The notes under the pieces: generated by a model
Seen by the model: only the letters and a program-made list of their open reading frames with translations
Told to the model about the DNA's origin: nothing
Database searches by the model: none
Assembly: GCA_964388725.1 (NCBI GenBank)
Contig: CAYMBR010000005.1
Location: 3,681 to 67,680, forward strand
Source: an uncultured Sangeribacter sp.
GTDB taxonomy: Bacteria > Bacteroidota > Bacteroidia > Bacteroidales > Muribaculaceae
Reading direction: 5' to 3'
DNA length: 64,000 nucleotides
Program-made: the position numbers and the translations under genes
Part shown: in pieces, positions 9,625-19,696 of the stretch
Numbering within the stretch: position 1 is the first letter of the stretch
Layout: every line of letters begins with the position of its first letter

Positions 9625-12248
9625 TAGAGGGCAAGAAGTTCATAAATCTTGTCGTGGGCAGCAGAAAGGCCCTCGACATCCTTGCCGCCAGCCTGCGCGA
9701 AGAAAGGCTGACCGCCGCCGCCACCCTTGATGAGTTTTGCGGCTTCCCTTACAATCTGACCGGCATTTGCACCAGTCTTGACAATGTCATCGCTCAACAT
9801 GACAGTCAGCAGAGGTTTCTTGTCAGGCGACATTGTGGCAGCGACAAACACAGTGTGTTCAGGACATTCCTTGCGAATTGTAAAAGCAAGGTTCTTCACG
9901 ATGTCGGGCATTCTCACACCGACAAGATCCACGACCTTCACACCGTTGACTTCCTTAGCCTCACTGATGAGTTTGTCGGCAAGATTCTTGATTCTTTCAG
10001 CCATAGCCTCATCGAGTTGCTTATGCAGGTCGGCGTTTTCCTTGACAGATTTCTCTACTGCCATACGGATATTGCCGGTAGAGCCGAGAAGCGATGAAAG
10101 ACCAGACATGAGATCCTGCATCTCGTCGAGCATCTTTTCCACACCACCACCGGTTACGGCCTCAATGCGTCTAATTCCGGCTGCAATACTGCTTTCAGAG
10201 ACGATGCGCACCATACCGATATTGCCGGTGTTGCAGACATGTGTGCCACCGCAAAGTTCGACGGATTCCCCGAATTTCACGACACGCACCTTGTCGCCAT
10301 ATTTTTCGCCAAAGAGAGCCATCGCGCCAAGATTCTTAGCCTCTGCAATAGGCATTTCGCGGTGTTCCTCGAGAGGCATAGCCCTGCGGATGCGAGAGTT
10401 TACAATGTGCTCAACCTTGCGGATTTCCTCCGGGGAGACCTTCTGGAAGTGAGAGAAGTCAAAACGAAGCACCGAAGGAGACACATACGAACCTTTCTGC
10501 TCGACATGAGTGCCGAGAACCTCACGGAGTGCCTCGTGGATAAGGTGAGTGGCAGAGTGGTTGGCAGCCGAGGCATTTCTGTCGTCAGTATTGATTACAG
10601 CCGTAAACGTGTCGGCAGGATTCTCAGGCATCTTGTAGGTGAGATGCACACTGATGTTGTTCTCACGTTTGGTGTCGAATATCTCGGTCTCGTTTCCTTC
10701 GGAGTCAATCAGTTTGCCACTGTCGCCTACCTGACCACCCATCTCTCCATAGAAAGGAGTCTGGTCGAGAATGATCTGGAAGTATTCTTTACCTTTTTGC
10801 TTCACCTTACGGTAGCGGAGTATCTTCGATTCTGTTTGGGTGAAATCATAGCCAACGAATTTCTGCTCGCCATCATGCACAGTCACCCAGTCGCCTGTCT
10901 CAACAGCTGCAGCATTGCGCGCACGCTCCTTCTGGCGGTTCATTTCTTCCTCATAACCTTTATGGTCGAGAGTCATACCCTGTTCACGGAGAATGAGTTC
11001 AGTCAGGTCGAGAGGGAAGCCGTAGGTGTCATAGAGAGTAAACGCCTCTTTTCCGCTGATTTCTGTTTTTCCCTCTTTCTTGGCGTTTGCCACAAGTGTA
11101 TCGAGCAAACCGATACCCTTGTCGAGAGTGCGGAGGAATGACTCCTCCTCTTCTTTTATCACCTTCTTGATAAGGTCTTTCTGAGCCACAAGTTCAGGAT
11201 AAGCCTCACCCATCTGATCGACCATCACATCAACGAGCTGATAGATGAACGGGGTCTTTTGTCCGAGGAAAGTATATGCATAGCGAACGGCACGGCGCAG
11301 GATACGGCGTATCACATAACCGGCCTTTGCATTGCTTGGCAACTGAGAGTCGGCGATAGAGAATGCTATTGTGCGGCAATGGTCGGAGCAAACCCTCATG
11401 GCCACATCGGTCATTTTGTCTTCACCATATTTCTTACCGGATATTTCACTGATCTTGGCAATGAAGGGAGTAAAGACATCGGTGTCATAGTTAGATTTCT
11501 TCCCCTGTAGGGCCATGCAGAGACGCTCGAATCCCATACCGGTGTCGATTACCTTTGCCGGAAGAGGCTCGAGGTGACCGTCGGCCTTGCGCTCATATTG
11601 CATGAATACAAGATTCCAAATTTCAATCACGAGGGGATTGTCTTTATTGACAAGTGTGGCGCCATCGACCGCTGTCCTTTCCTCATCGCTGCGGAGGTCA
11701 ATATGAATTTCCGAGCAAGGACCACAGGGACCGGTATCGCCCATCTCCCAGAAGTTGTCGTGGCGGTTTCCATTGATTATATGGCTTTTGGGGAGATGCT
11801 GTTCCCAATAACCGGCTGCCTCATTGTCGCGTTCAAGGCCTTCCGGGGCATAGCCTTCGAAAACTGTGGCATAAAGGCGGTCGGGGTTCAATTTCAGGAC
11901 ATCCACAAGATATTCCCAGGCCCAGTCGATTGCCTCTTTCTTGAAATAGTCGCCAAACGACCAGTTGCCGAGCATTTCAAACATAGTGTGGTGGTAGGTG
12001 TCGTGACCGACCTCTTCAAGGTCGTTGTGTTTTCCGCTGACACGCAGGCATTTTTGAGAGTCTGCCACACGGGTATATTTTGCCGGACGGTTGCCGAGTA
12101 TGATGTCCTTAAACTGGTTCATGCCGGCATTGGTGAACATAAGAGTTGGGTCATCCTTGATGACCATTGGGGCAGAAGGCACAATATGGTGTCCTTTGCT
12201 TTCAAAAAACCGTTTGAACGATTCCCTGATTTCCTTGGAAGTAGGCAT
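9624..12248 (-). CDS. alaS: Alanine--tRNA ligase
   Basis: [35 protein letters not shown]...EQKGS, ELCGGTH and GGGGGQP. Confidence 0.98.
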   Translation of the reverse strand: MPTSKEIRESFKRFFESKGHHIVPSAPMVIKDDPTLMFTNAGMNQFKDIILGNRPAKYTRVADSQKCLRVSGKHNDLEEVGHDTYHHTMFEMLGNWSFGDYFKKEAIDWAWEYLVDVLKLNPDRLYATVFEGYAPEGLERDNEAAGYWEQHLPKSHIINGNRHDNFWEMGDTGPCGPCSEIHIDLRSDEERTAVDGATLVNKDNPLVIEIWNLVFMQYERKADGHLEPLPAKVIDTGMGFERLCMALQGKKSNYDTDVFTPFIAKISEISGKKYGEDKMTDVAMRVCSDHCRTIAFSIADSQLPSNAKAGYVIRRILRRAVRYAYTFLGQKTPFIYQLVDVMVDQMGEAYPELVAQKDLIKKVIKEEEESFLRTLDKGIGLLDTLVANAKKEGKTEISGKEAFTLYDTYGFPLDLTELILREQGMTLDHKGYEEEMNRQKERARNAAAVETGDWVTVHDGEQKFVGYDFTQTESKILRYRKVKQKGKEYFQIILDQTPFYGEMGGQVGDSGKLIDSEGNETEIFDTKRENNISVHLTYKMPENPADTFTAVINTDDRNASAANHSATHLIHEALREVLGTHVEQKGSYVSPSVLRFDFSHFQKVSPEEIRKVEHIVNSRIRRAMPLEEHREMPIAEAKNLGAMALFGEKYGDKVRVVKFGESVELCGGTHVCNTGNIGMVRIVSESSIAAGIRRIEAVTGGGVEKMLDEMQDLMSGLSSLLGSTGNIRMAVEKSVKENADLHKQLDEAMAERIKNLADKLISEAKEVNGVKVVDLVGVRMPDIVKNLAFTIRKECPEHTVFVAATMSPDKKPLLTVMLSDDIVKTGANAGQIVREAAKLIKGGGGGQPFFAQAGGKDVEGLSAAHDKIYELLAL

Positions 12249-12286
12249 AATGTATTATTGAATGACAAATTTTGCGTTTTAGACTG

Positions 12287-12294
12287 CAAAATTA
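12287..12294 (-). promoter_or_regulatory. -7 promoter element for alaS
   Basis: TAATTTTG on the minus strand, ~40 nt upstream of the start. Confidence 0.6.
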
Positions 12295-12351
12295 CTCAAA
12301 TTTCGCCAATCTTCCAAAAAATGACCAAAATAAGTAGGGTAAGATGTGCGA

Positions 12352-14259
12352 TCAGATGATTTCGCGGACGGAGTCAATGTCGGGGAGATTTGATATCTGA
12401 TCCATGACCATACGGAGCTCATCATAACTATGAACAGAGAATGTTATTCGTATGGTGGCTATACAATCAACTGTAGTGGTATTGATGCTACCGATGGAAA
12501 GATGCAGGCTATTGGAAATGCAATCGACGAGGTCGATAACCACGTGAGGACGATCGACGCACACCACCTCAATTTCGACAGGATAAAGGGTGTCGTCAGC
12601 ACGGAAATCTACACTTACAATGTTGTCGCCAAGTTGGGAAGACATTTTGATGACTTCCGGACAGTCGCGTTTATGGACCATTATCCTTCCGTTGGAATGT
12701 TTAAAGCCAATCACCTCTTCGCCCGGCATCGGCATACATATATGGCACCGGTCATATTTTGGCAACGGAATTTTAGCGAGATAAGAGCGAATGGCCTTCC
12801 TTGCCTTGAAGGTAACGGTAGAGTCGAGCCACTCAGCCACGGGATGACTTTCTGCATCTGTGAAAACCTCCACAATGTCGCCTCGATGAAGCAAAGTCTT
12901 AATGGAAGCCAATCTGCCATTTATTCGCGCATATTTTGCCTTCTCGCCAAGTTTTGAATGAATCTCGTAGGCAAAATCGAGAACGGTGGATTTCTGGGGC
13001 AACACAACCGGTTTGCCTTGCGGAGAGAATGTCATGATATCATCGTTATAGAAAGAAGCCACGACATTTTCGATAAAAGTGCTACCACCCTCGGAGACAT
13101 TTTTGGATATTTCTCGCAGATTAGCCCTGAATTTGGTGATCCACCGGCGGATGTTGCCTTCCGATCTCTCGCTGAGGCAACCAAACTGGGAGTTTGTCAC
13201 CATCCTCTCGCTGCTGATATGCACCTCCTGCCAGCGACCGAAGTCGGCAAGAAGTTTCAGATGGAAACTTTGGTAACCATTTTCCTTTGGAGTGTCAATA
13301 TAGTTGGAGATACCGCCTGGTTTTTCCTTGAAACGGTCGGTCAGGAGGGAATAAATCTTCAGGGCAGTTGTTTTTTCGGAGACACCTTTCTCTTCTTTGA
13401 AAACGATCTCTACGAAATGGCGATACTTGAGATGGTCGAAATCGTCGCCATACTTATTCATTTTGCGCCAGAGCGAATAAGGCTGGCGATAATCGACAAA
13501 GACACGAGCCTGAATTTTACCGCGCTTAAGAATATTAGCTATTTCATCGGTGAAAATCTTAAGACGCGCGGCATTGGACTCCTGGTCTTTTTTTATTCTC
13601 TCGCAAAGATCGGCATATTCATGCGGGCAGCGGAAGCGGAGCGAGAGGTTTTCAAGTTCTGTCTTGACATTGTAAAGGCCAAGGCGAGTGGCAAGAGGAG
13701 CATAGAAATAATCCGTCTCGCCGGCTATTTTCATCTGTTTGTCGGGTCGCATTGAGGAAAGAGTGCGCATGTTGTGGAGGCGGTCGGCAAGTTTCACCAG
13801 AAGTGCCCTGATATCGTATTGCACGGAGTTGAGCATCTGCTTGAAATTGTCAAGTTGCTTCGACATCTCATACTTTTCTTTCTTCTGCTTAGTGACCACC
13901 CTCACGAGGAAAGCGACATCATTACCGAAGCGCTTCTGAAGCTGCTCAGCGGTCCAGTCGGAGTCTTCCACCACATCATGAAGGAAAGCGGCAATGACCG
14001 AATCCACGTCAAGGTTTAATTCCTTAGCGGCAATGGCAGCTACTGCAATGGGATGGAAGATATAAGGCTCCCCGGTCTTTCTCTTCTGATTGGAATGAGC
14101 CTGACGCGCCACAAGGAAAGAGTCGACAAGACGGCTATAGTCCTCATCCGACACACGCGGGCGCATAACGCTGAACACTTCTTCGGCCCTGCGCTGGATT
14201 TCCGCTGAATAATCTTTTCCCCCGGAATGAGGGATAGGCGTCTTTTCTTCCATAATCAC
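12352..14259 (-). CDS. Long RelA/SpoT homologue (HD hydrolase, degenerate synthetase, TGS, ACT)
   Basis: RKTGEPYIFHP, HDVVED, VKLADRLHNMRTL, PKENGYQSFH, TGS-type DFAYEIHS and a C-terminal ACT-like region. Confidence 0.9.
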   Translation of the reverse strand: MIMEEKTPIPHSGGKDYSAEIQRRAEEVFSVMRPRVSDEDYSRLVDSFLVARQAHSNQKRKTGEPYIFHPIAVAAIAAKELNLDVDSVIAAFLHDVVEDSDWTAEQLQKRFGNDVAFLVRVVTKQKKEKYEMSKQLDNFKQMLNSVQYDIRALLVKLADRLHNMRTLSSMRPDKQMKIAGETDYFYAPLATRLGLYNVKTELENLSLRFRCPHEYADLCERIKKDQESNAARLKIFTDEIANILKRGKIQARVFVDYRQPYSLWRKMNKYGDDFDHLKYRHFVEIVFKEEKGVSEKTTALKIYSLLTDRFKEKPGGISNYIDTPKENGYQSFHLKLLADFGRWQEVHISSERMVTNSQFGCLSERSEGNIRRWITKFRANLREISKNVSEGGSTFIENVVASFYNDDIMTFSPQGKPVVLPQKSTVLDFAYEIHSKLGEKAKYARINGRLASIKTLLHRGDIVEVFTDAESHPVAEWLDSTVTFKARKAIRSYLAKIPLPKYDRCHICMPMPGEEVIGFKHSNGRIMVHKRDCPEVIKMSSQLGDNIVSVDFRADDTLYPVEIEVVCVDRPHVVIDLVDCISNSLHLSIGSINTTTVDCIATIRITFSVHSYDELRMVMDQISNLPDIDSVREII

Positions 14260-15035
14260 GAATTTTGATTTGCGGCTTTTTCCTCAATATATTTTTTCAC
14301 TTCCTTGAAAAGGTTGGAAGCGAACACGAAATCGTTCAAGCTCTTGCTTTTACTGCGGAAGATACTCTTGTCATCACCAGTCCAGTCGCAAAACCCTTTG
14401 TTGATGAAAATGATATGCTGTCCGATGCCGAGCACAGAGTTCATATCATGAGTGTTGATGACAGTCGTGATTCCATATTCATGGGTGATATCGCTCAGAA
14501 GTTCATCAATCATGATAGATGTTTTCGGGTCAAGTCCTGAGTTCGGTTCGTCACAGAAGAGATATTTGGGATTGAGGGCTATTGCACGGGCTATAGCCAC
14601 ACGCTTCTGCATACCACCGGAAATTTCAGAAGGATATTTGGAGTCGGCGTTTTTCAGACCCACACGGTCGATGCAGAAATGTGCTCTGTCGAGCTGCTCA
14701 GAATGATTAAGAGGCGAGAACATCTTGAGAGGGAACATCACATTGCCAAGTACAGTTTCATTGTCGAAAAGGGCACTCCCCTGAAATAGCATACCAATGT
14801 CCATTCGAAGTTGACGACGCTGCTCGCTATTCATGGTGTTGAGGCAAGCACCATCGTAGTATATCTCCCCTTCTTCAGGACGCAGCAGACCGACGAGGCA
14901 CTTAAGCAGCACAGTTTTGCCGGAGCCGGACTGACCGATAATTAGGTTTGTCTTTCCGGTTGCAAATTCAGCCGATATGTCGTGGAGCACCTGCACTCCG
15001 TCAAACCATTTGCTTATATTTTTTATCTCGATCAT
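14256..15035 (-). CDS. mlaF: ABC transporter ATP-binding protein, MlaF/Mkl type
   Basis: GQSGSGKT, LFQGSALFD, ISGGMQKRVAIARA and CDEPNSGLDP; adjacent to mlaE. Confidence 0.88.
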   Translation of the reverse strand: MIEIKNISKWFDGVQVLHDISAEFATGKTNLIIGQSGSGKTVLLKCLVGLLRPEEGEIYYDGACLNTMNSEQRRQLRMDIGMLFQGSALFDNETVLGNVMFPLKMFSPLNHSEQLDRAHFCIDRVGLKNADSKYPSEISGGMQKRVAIARAIALNPKYLFCDEPNSGLDPKTSIMIDELLSDITHEYGITTVINTHDMNSVLGIGQHIIFINKGFCDWTGDDKSIFRSKSKSLNDFVFASNLFKEVKKYIEEKAANQNS

Positions 15036-15778
15036 TGGAGTAGGAGTTTTGTGAGGATAACGTCGGCAAGAAGAATCAGAATGGAGCTCACCACGACGGC
15101 GTCGGTGCTTGCTTTACCGACCTCAAGGGCTCCGCCCTTGACATAATAGCCAAAGAATGCGGCCACCGTGGAAATAATATAGGCAAAAACCACTGTTTTG
15201 ATTATACCATACCAGACATACCATTCATTGAAAAAAGACTGGATACCATATACATAGTTTTCCACCGTCAGCATATCGGTGAATTCAGCCACGAACCAAC
15301 CGCCCCAGAGACCGACAAACATAGAGAGGATGCAGAGAATCGGGACGAAAAGGACAAAACCTATCATTTTAGGGAGGACAATGAAATTGGCGGAATTGAT
15401 GCCCATGATGTCCATTGCATCAATCTGTTCGGTGACTCTCATCGTGCCTATTTCGGATGCTATGCTTGACCCCACCTTACCGGCAAGGATAAGACACATC
15501 ATAGTGGAAGAGAACTCAAGGAGCAAGATTTCACGGGTGGCAAGGCCAGTGGAATAGCTCGGAATCAATGGCGACACAATGTTGATGGTCATCTGAATGG
15601 CAATCACAGCGCCAATGAAAATGGATATAATCACCACGAGGGGAATGGAATCCACGCCAAGATTGTAGATTTCAAACAGCAGCTGCTTGAAAAACACCTT
15701 CCACTTGTCGGGAGTGCGACACACCTGACACATGAAGATGCAATACTTACCAAATTTAGAGATCGAACTTACTATCAT
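15032..15778 (-). CDS. mlaE: MlaE-family ABC permease
   Basis: AGKVGSSIASEIGTMRVTEQIDAM and GGALEVGKASTDAVV. Confidence 0.9.
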   Translation of the reverse strand: MIVSSISKFGKYCIFMCQVCRTPDKWKVFFKQLLFEIYNLGVDSIPLVVIISIFIGAVIAIQMTINIVSPLIPSYSTGLATREILLLEFSSTMMCLILAGKVGSSIASEIGTMRVTEQIDAMDIMGINSANFIVLPKMIGFVLFVPILCILSMFVGLWGGWFVAEFTDMLTVENYVYGIQSFFNEWYVWYGIIKTVVFAYIISTVAAFFGYYVKGGALEVGKASTDAVVVSSILILLADVILTKLLLQ

Positions 15779-15928
15779 TTCAACAATGTGACAAAATTCT
15801 AAACTTTCAAACTTCCAAACAAAGGATTTTGCGATGCAAAATTAAAATTTTTAACGTTTAGAATGCAAAATTAATAAAAATTTTTGAAGGAGAGCCAATA
15901 TCTATTTGTTTACAACAATCGTTTTTAT

Positions 15929-15936
15929 TAATTTTG
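15929..15936 (+). promoter_or_regulatory. -7 element for the udk operon (divergent mlaE -7 element at 15837-15844 on the minus strand)
   Basis: TAATTTTG on each strand of the divergent intergenic region. Confidence 0.6.
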
Positions 15937-16003
15937 CCAAAGAAATCGAGATTTTTTTCCGTATTTCACCAAAAAAATTCCGTTTTCAGCCATTTTCAAA
16001 CTT

Positions 16004-16034
<31 letters not shown>

Positions 16035-16040
16035 AATACG

Positions 16041-16661
16041 ATGTTAGTAATTGGAATAGCCGGAGGCACCGGATCCGGGAAGTCTACCGTAGTACGCAAG
16101 ATTATCGAATCACTCCCGAAAGATGAAGTGGCCGTTCTTCCACAGGACTGCTACTACAACGACAACCACCATATTCCTCTTGAGAAGCGGCTGAAGATGA
16201 ATTATGACGAACCGGCAGCCATAGAATGGTCGCTACTTACCCATCACATTGATGAGCTGAAGGCCGGACGTGCAATCGAGACGCCTACCTACGACTTTCT
16301 CACCTGTTCGAGGCAGAAAGCCACCATCCACGTTGAGCCGCGAGAGGTGGTAGTGGTGGAGGGCATTCTCGTACTTAGCGACAAGGATTTGCGCGACCGC
16401 ATGGATGTTAAGGTGTTTGTCGATGCAGATGCCGATGAACGCCTCATTCGGGTCATCCACCGCGACTGCATAGAGCGAGGGAGAACACCGAAGATGGTAA
16501 TCGACCGATATCAGGAGACATTGAAACCGATGCACGAACTTCACATCGAACCGACGAAACGCTATGCCGACCTGATTATTCCGCAGGGAGGCGACAACGA
16601 TGTGGCCATAAAGCTTCTAACTGATTATATTCGCACACTACTACCCTCTTTTAAGAAATGA
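16041..16661 (+). CDS. udk: Uridine kinase
   Basis: [28 protein letters not shown] and [13 protein letters not shown]. Start reassigned to MLVIG at 16041. Confidence 0.95.
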   Translation: MLVIGIAGGTGSGKSTVVRKIIESLPKDEVAVLPQDCYYNDNHHIPLEKRLKMNYDEPAAIEWSLLTHHIDELKAGRAIETPTYDFLTCSRQKATIHVEPREVVVVEGILVLSDKDLRDRMDVKVFVDADADERLIRVIHRDCIERGRTPKMVIDRYQETLKPMHELHIEPTKRYADLIIPQGGDNDVAIKLLTDYIRTLLPSFKK

Positions 16662-17671
16662 AGATATTCCCATTATTCAAAAAGAAAATTCAGTCGGCTG
16701 ATTTAGAACCGGAAGAAGCTGAAACTACAGCATATGATGCTTCGGTAACCTCTGGAATTGAAGGTCTGGATGAAGAAACTGACAATTCAAACGTCATCGA
16801 ATTGAATGATGTGGAGCCCGACGCTGATGGCGTCATGCCGGATATGCAAGAGAAGGTGGAAGAAGAAGATGTCTTTGAAGACACTCCCGACGGTCAACTT
16901 GAGGCTGAAGTCATTGATGTTGAACCAGAAAAAGGGATTCTGCGCACTGAGAATCTGGTGAAGAAATATGGCAAAAGGACGGTTGCCAACAAGGTCTCCA
17001 TATATGTGAAACAGGGAGAGATAGTCGGTTTGCTTGGTCCCAACGGGGCCGGCAAGACCACGACATTCTATATGACCACGGGACTTGTAACGGCCAATTC
17101 CGGAAAGATTTTCCTTGACGACAAAGATATAACCTCATTCCCGGTCTATAAGCGGGCACAACTTGGCATCGGCTATCTTGCTCAGGAGGCATCAGTTTTC
17201 CGCAAATTGAGTGTGGAAAACAATATCCGTGCAGTCCTTGAGATGACAAAGATGTCGAAGGAGGAGCAGAAAGAAAAACTCGAGAGCCTGATAGAAGAGT
17301 TCAACCTTCAGAAAGTAAGGAAAAATCTTGGCGACCAATTGTCGGGCGGCGAACGCCGACGCACAGAGATAGCCCGCTGCCTTGCCATCAATCCCAAATT
17401 TATCATGCTCGACGAACCCTTTGCGGGAGTAGACCCTATAGCAGTGGAGGATATCCAAAGTGTGGTCTATAAACTGAAGGGGAAAAATATCGGCATTCTC
17501 ATCACCGACCACAATGCCCCGGAGACGCTTAGCATCACCGACCGCGCCTATCTGCTGTTTGAGGGGAAAATCCTTTTCCGCGGCACGAGTGAGGAACTTG
17601 CCGAAAACCCCATTGTGAGGGAGAAGTATCTCGGACGTAACTTTATATTCCGCAAGAAGAAATTCGATTAA
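16658..17671 (+). CDS. lptB: LPS export ABC ATPase LptB with a ~90-aa acidic N-terminal extension
   Basis: [47 protein letters not shown] and ITDHN. Confidence 0.93.
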   Translation: MKIFPLFKKKIQSADLEPEEAETTAYDASVTSGIEGLDEETDNSNVIELNDVEPDADGVMPDMQEKVEEEDVFEDTPDGQLEAEVIDVEPEKGILRTENLVKKYGKRTVANKVSIYVKQGEIVGLLGPNGAGKTTTFYMTTGLVTANSGKIFLDDKDITSFPVYKRAQLGIGYLAQEASVFRKLSVENNIRAVLEMTKMSKEEQKEKLESLIEEFNLQKVRKNLGDQLSGGERRRTEIARCLAINPKFIMLDEPFAGVDPIAVEDIQSVVYKLKGKNIGILITDHNAPETLSITDRAYLLFEGKILFRGTSEELAENPIVREKYLGRNFIFRKKKFD

Positions 17672-17692
17672 CCCCAGCCAATTTCAAACAAG

Positions 17693-18586
17693 ATGAAAAA
17701 TTTTTTGAATATATGTCAGTTTTTCCTTGTCCTGATGGGGCTTATGATCTGCGGACTATTTCTGACATCACTGATGTCGCTTATTCCACTGGATGGATTT
17801 GCGTATCAATGGACAATATTCGCCGGGCAGAATATATTGACCTTTATCCTTCCTGCCATGCTTGCCTGGAAAATATGTTTTAAGCAAAATCCCATCAAAG
17901 AAATTGAAGCGGACGTGTCGCCGTCTTGGCGGATGTTGGGTTTTGCCCTTGTAGTATATGCACTTTCCATCCCGGCACTCAATCAGATAGTATATTGGAA
18001 TCAGGAAATGCACCTGCCCGAGGCATTTGCATCATTCGAGGAGTGGTGTCGGGAGATGGAGCGATTGGCAGAAGCGCAAACAGAAGGATTGCTGGCGACC
18101 ACAAATATTGGATACACTCTGATGAATATACTGATCATTGGGGTTCTGACAGGCATTGGCGAGGAGTTTTTCTTTCGTGGTGCACTTCAGAGGATGCTGT
18201 CATATTGCGGAGTGAATCATCACGTTGCCATATGGACTGCCGCGATTTTCTTCAGCGCATTGCATTTTCAGTTTTTTGGATTTATACCGCGCGTATTGCT
18301 TGGGGTGTGGTTTGGCTATCTCTATTGGTGGAGCGGCAGCATCTGGGTCAATGCGTTTGCGCATGCACTCAACAACAGCCTTGTGATAGTGTCGGCGTGG
18401 CTCATCAATATGGGATATCTCTCGGAAGAATTCGACATGATAGGTGTAACCACCGATTCATTCCCGGTATTGGCGACCATGAGTGCAATACTCGTAGCCA
18501 TAGCAATAGGCTGCTATTCAAAATTGAATATGCATAAAAAATTTCTAAATTCAAAAATCTCAAGCGATGGCCCCGAAATCAAATAA
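17693..18586 (+). CDS. CPBP/CAAX-family intramembrane metalloprotease
   Basis: EEFFFRG, FSALH and AHALNN; multiple TM segments. Confidence 0.9.
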   Translation: MKNFLNICQFFLVLMGLMICGLFLTSLMSLIPLDGFAYQWTIFAGQNILTFILPAMLAWKICFKQNPIKEIEADVSPSWRMLGFALVVYALSIPALNQIVYWNQEMHLPEAFASFEEWCREMERLAEAQTEGLLATTNIGYTLMNILIIGVLTGIGEEFFFRGALQRMLSYCGVNHHVAIWTAAIFFSALHFQFFGFIPRVLLGVWFGYLYWWSGSIWVNAFAHALNNSLVIVSAWLINMGYLSEEFDMIGVTTDSFPVLATMSAILVAIAIGCYSKLNMHKKFLNSKISSDGPEIK

Positions 18587-19619
18587 AGAGCTCACCTATC
18601 GCGATGTGCTCGACAGCATAAAAAAAAGAGAATTTGCAAGCGTCTATCTTCTGATGGGAGATGAACCATACTACATAGACCTCATAGTTGATGCTCTTGA
18701 AAAAACCGTAGTCAGCGAGGAAAACAAAGCGTTCGACCAGTTGGTGTACTACGGAGCTGATGCGGATGTGGATGTGGTGATTGCAAGTGCCCGTCAATAT
18801 CCGGTAATGGGCGATGTCCAGCTCGTCATCCTGAAGGAGGCTCAAAGCATTCCCGGCAACAAGGCACAACTCGACAAATTTACCTCATATCTTTCGCAGC
18901 CCAACAGGAAAGGAATCTTTGTCATAGCCTATAAAGGGGACACCCTATCTGCAACATCAGCGCTTATGAAAGCGGCTGCCAAGGCCGGCGACAGCGTAGT
19001 GGTTTTTAAAAGCGCAAAGGTAAAGGATTATCAACTTGCAGCCCCCATCAAGGATTATTGCCGGATGAAGAAAGTGACAATCGACGAGCAGGCGGTGCAG
19101 ATTTTGATTGAATACATTGGCAATTCCCTTCAGAAGCAGTTTGGAGAAATTGACAAACTAATAGTAGCTGGAGGAGCCGAAGTGAAGCGAATCACGGCAG
19201 AGATGGTGGAGGAAAACATAGGGATCTCCAAGGAATTCAACAATTTTGAGTTGACTAAGGCGATTGCCACCAAAGATTATCCCAAGACCCTGCGCATACT
19301 TGAATATTTCCGCAAAAATCCGAAAAACAATCCGAGTGTGATGACCACCGCAATGCTGTTTAAATTTTTAAGCCAGTTGATGGTGGCCCACTACACTGCC
19401 GACAAGACAGACCGCGGTCTCATGGAGGCGCTTCAGTTGAAGACACCCTATGCACTGAAGGATATCCGGGAGGGGATGGCAAGATATACCCCGCGTCAGA
19501 CTATGGCGGCAATCTCAGCACTGAGGGATTTCGACTGCAAGAGCAAGGGAATAGGATCTCTGCAGAATGAATATGACCTTCAGCGCGAGCTGATCTTCAA
19601 AATTTTTACCTTCTCCTAA
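18567..19619 (+). CDS. holA: DNA polymerase III subunit delta
   Basis: VYLLMGDEPYYID, ARQYPVMG...LVILKEAQ and EENIGISKEFNNFEL. Confidence 0.9.
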   Translation: MAPKSNKELTYRDVLDSIKKREFASVYLLMGDEPYYIDLIVDALEKTVVSEENKAFDQLVYYGADADVDVVIASARQYPVMGDVQLVILKEAQSIPGNKAQLDKFTSYLSQPNRKGIFVIAYKGDTLSATSALMKAAAKAGDSVVVFKSAKVKDYQLAAPIKDYCRMKKVTIDEQAVQILIEYIGNSLQKQFGEIDKLIVAGGAEVKRITAEMVEENIGISKEFNNFELTKAIATKDYPKTLRILEYFRKNPKNNPSVMTTAMLFKFLSQLMVAHYTADKTDRGLMEALQLKTPYALKDIREGMARYTPRQTMAAISALRDFDCKSKGIGSLQNEYDLQRELIFKIFTFS

Positions 19620-19640
19620 CCTTTTTAATTTTTAATTAAG

Positions 19641-19675
19641 CAGCTGCCTCCAAATCTGCAATTTGGAGGCAGCTG
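19641..19675. terminator. Bidirectional hairpin between holA and glnA
   Basis: Perfect 15-bp arms CAGCTGCCTCCAAAT / ATTTGGAGGCAGCTG. Confidence 0.85.
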
Positions 19676-19696
19676 TTTGATTATCGAATAAATTGA

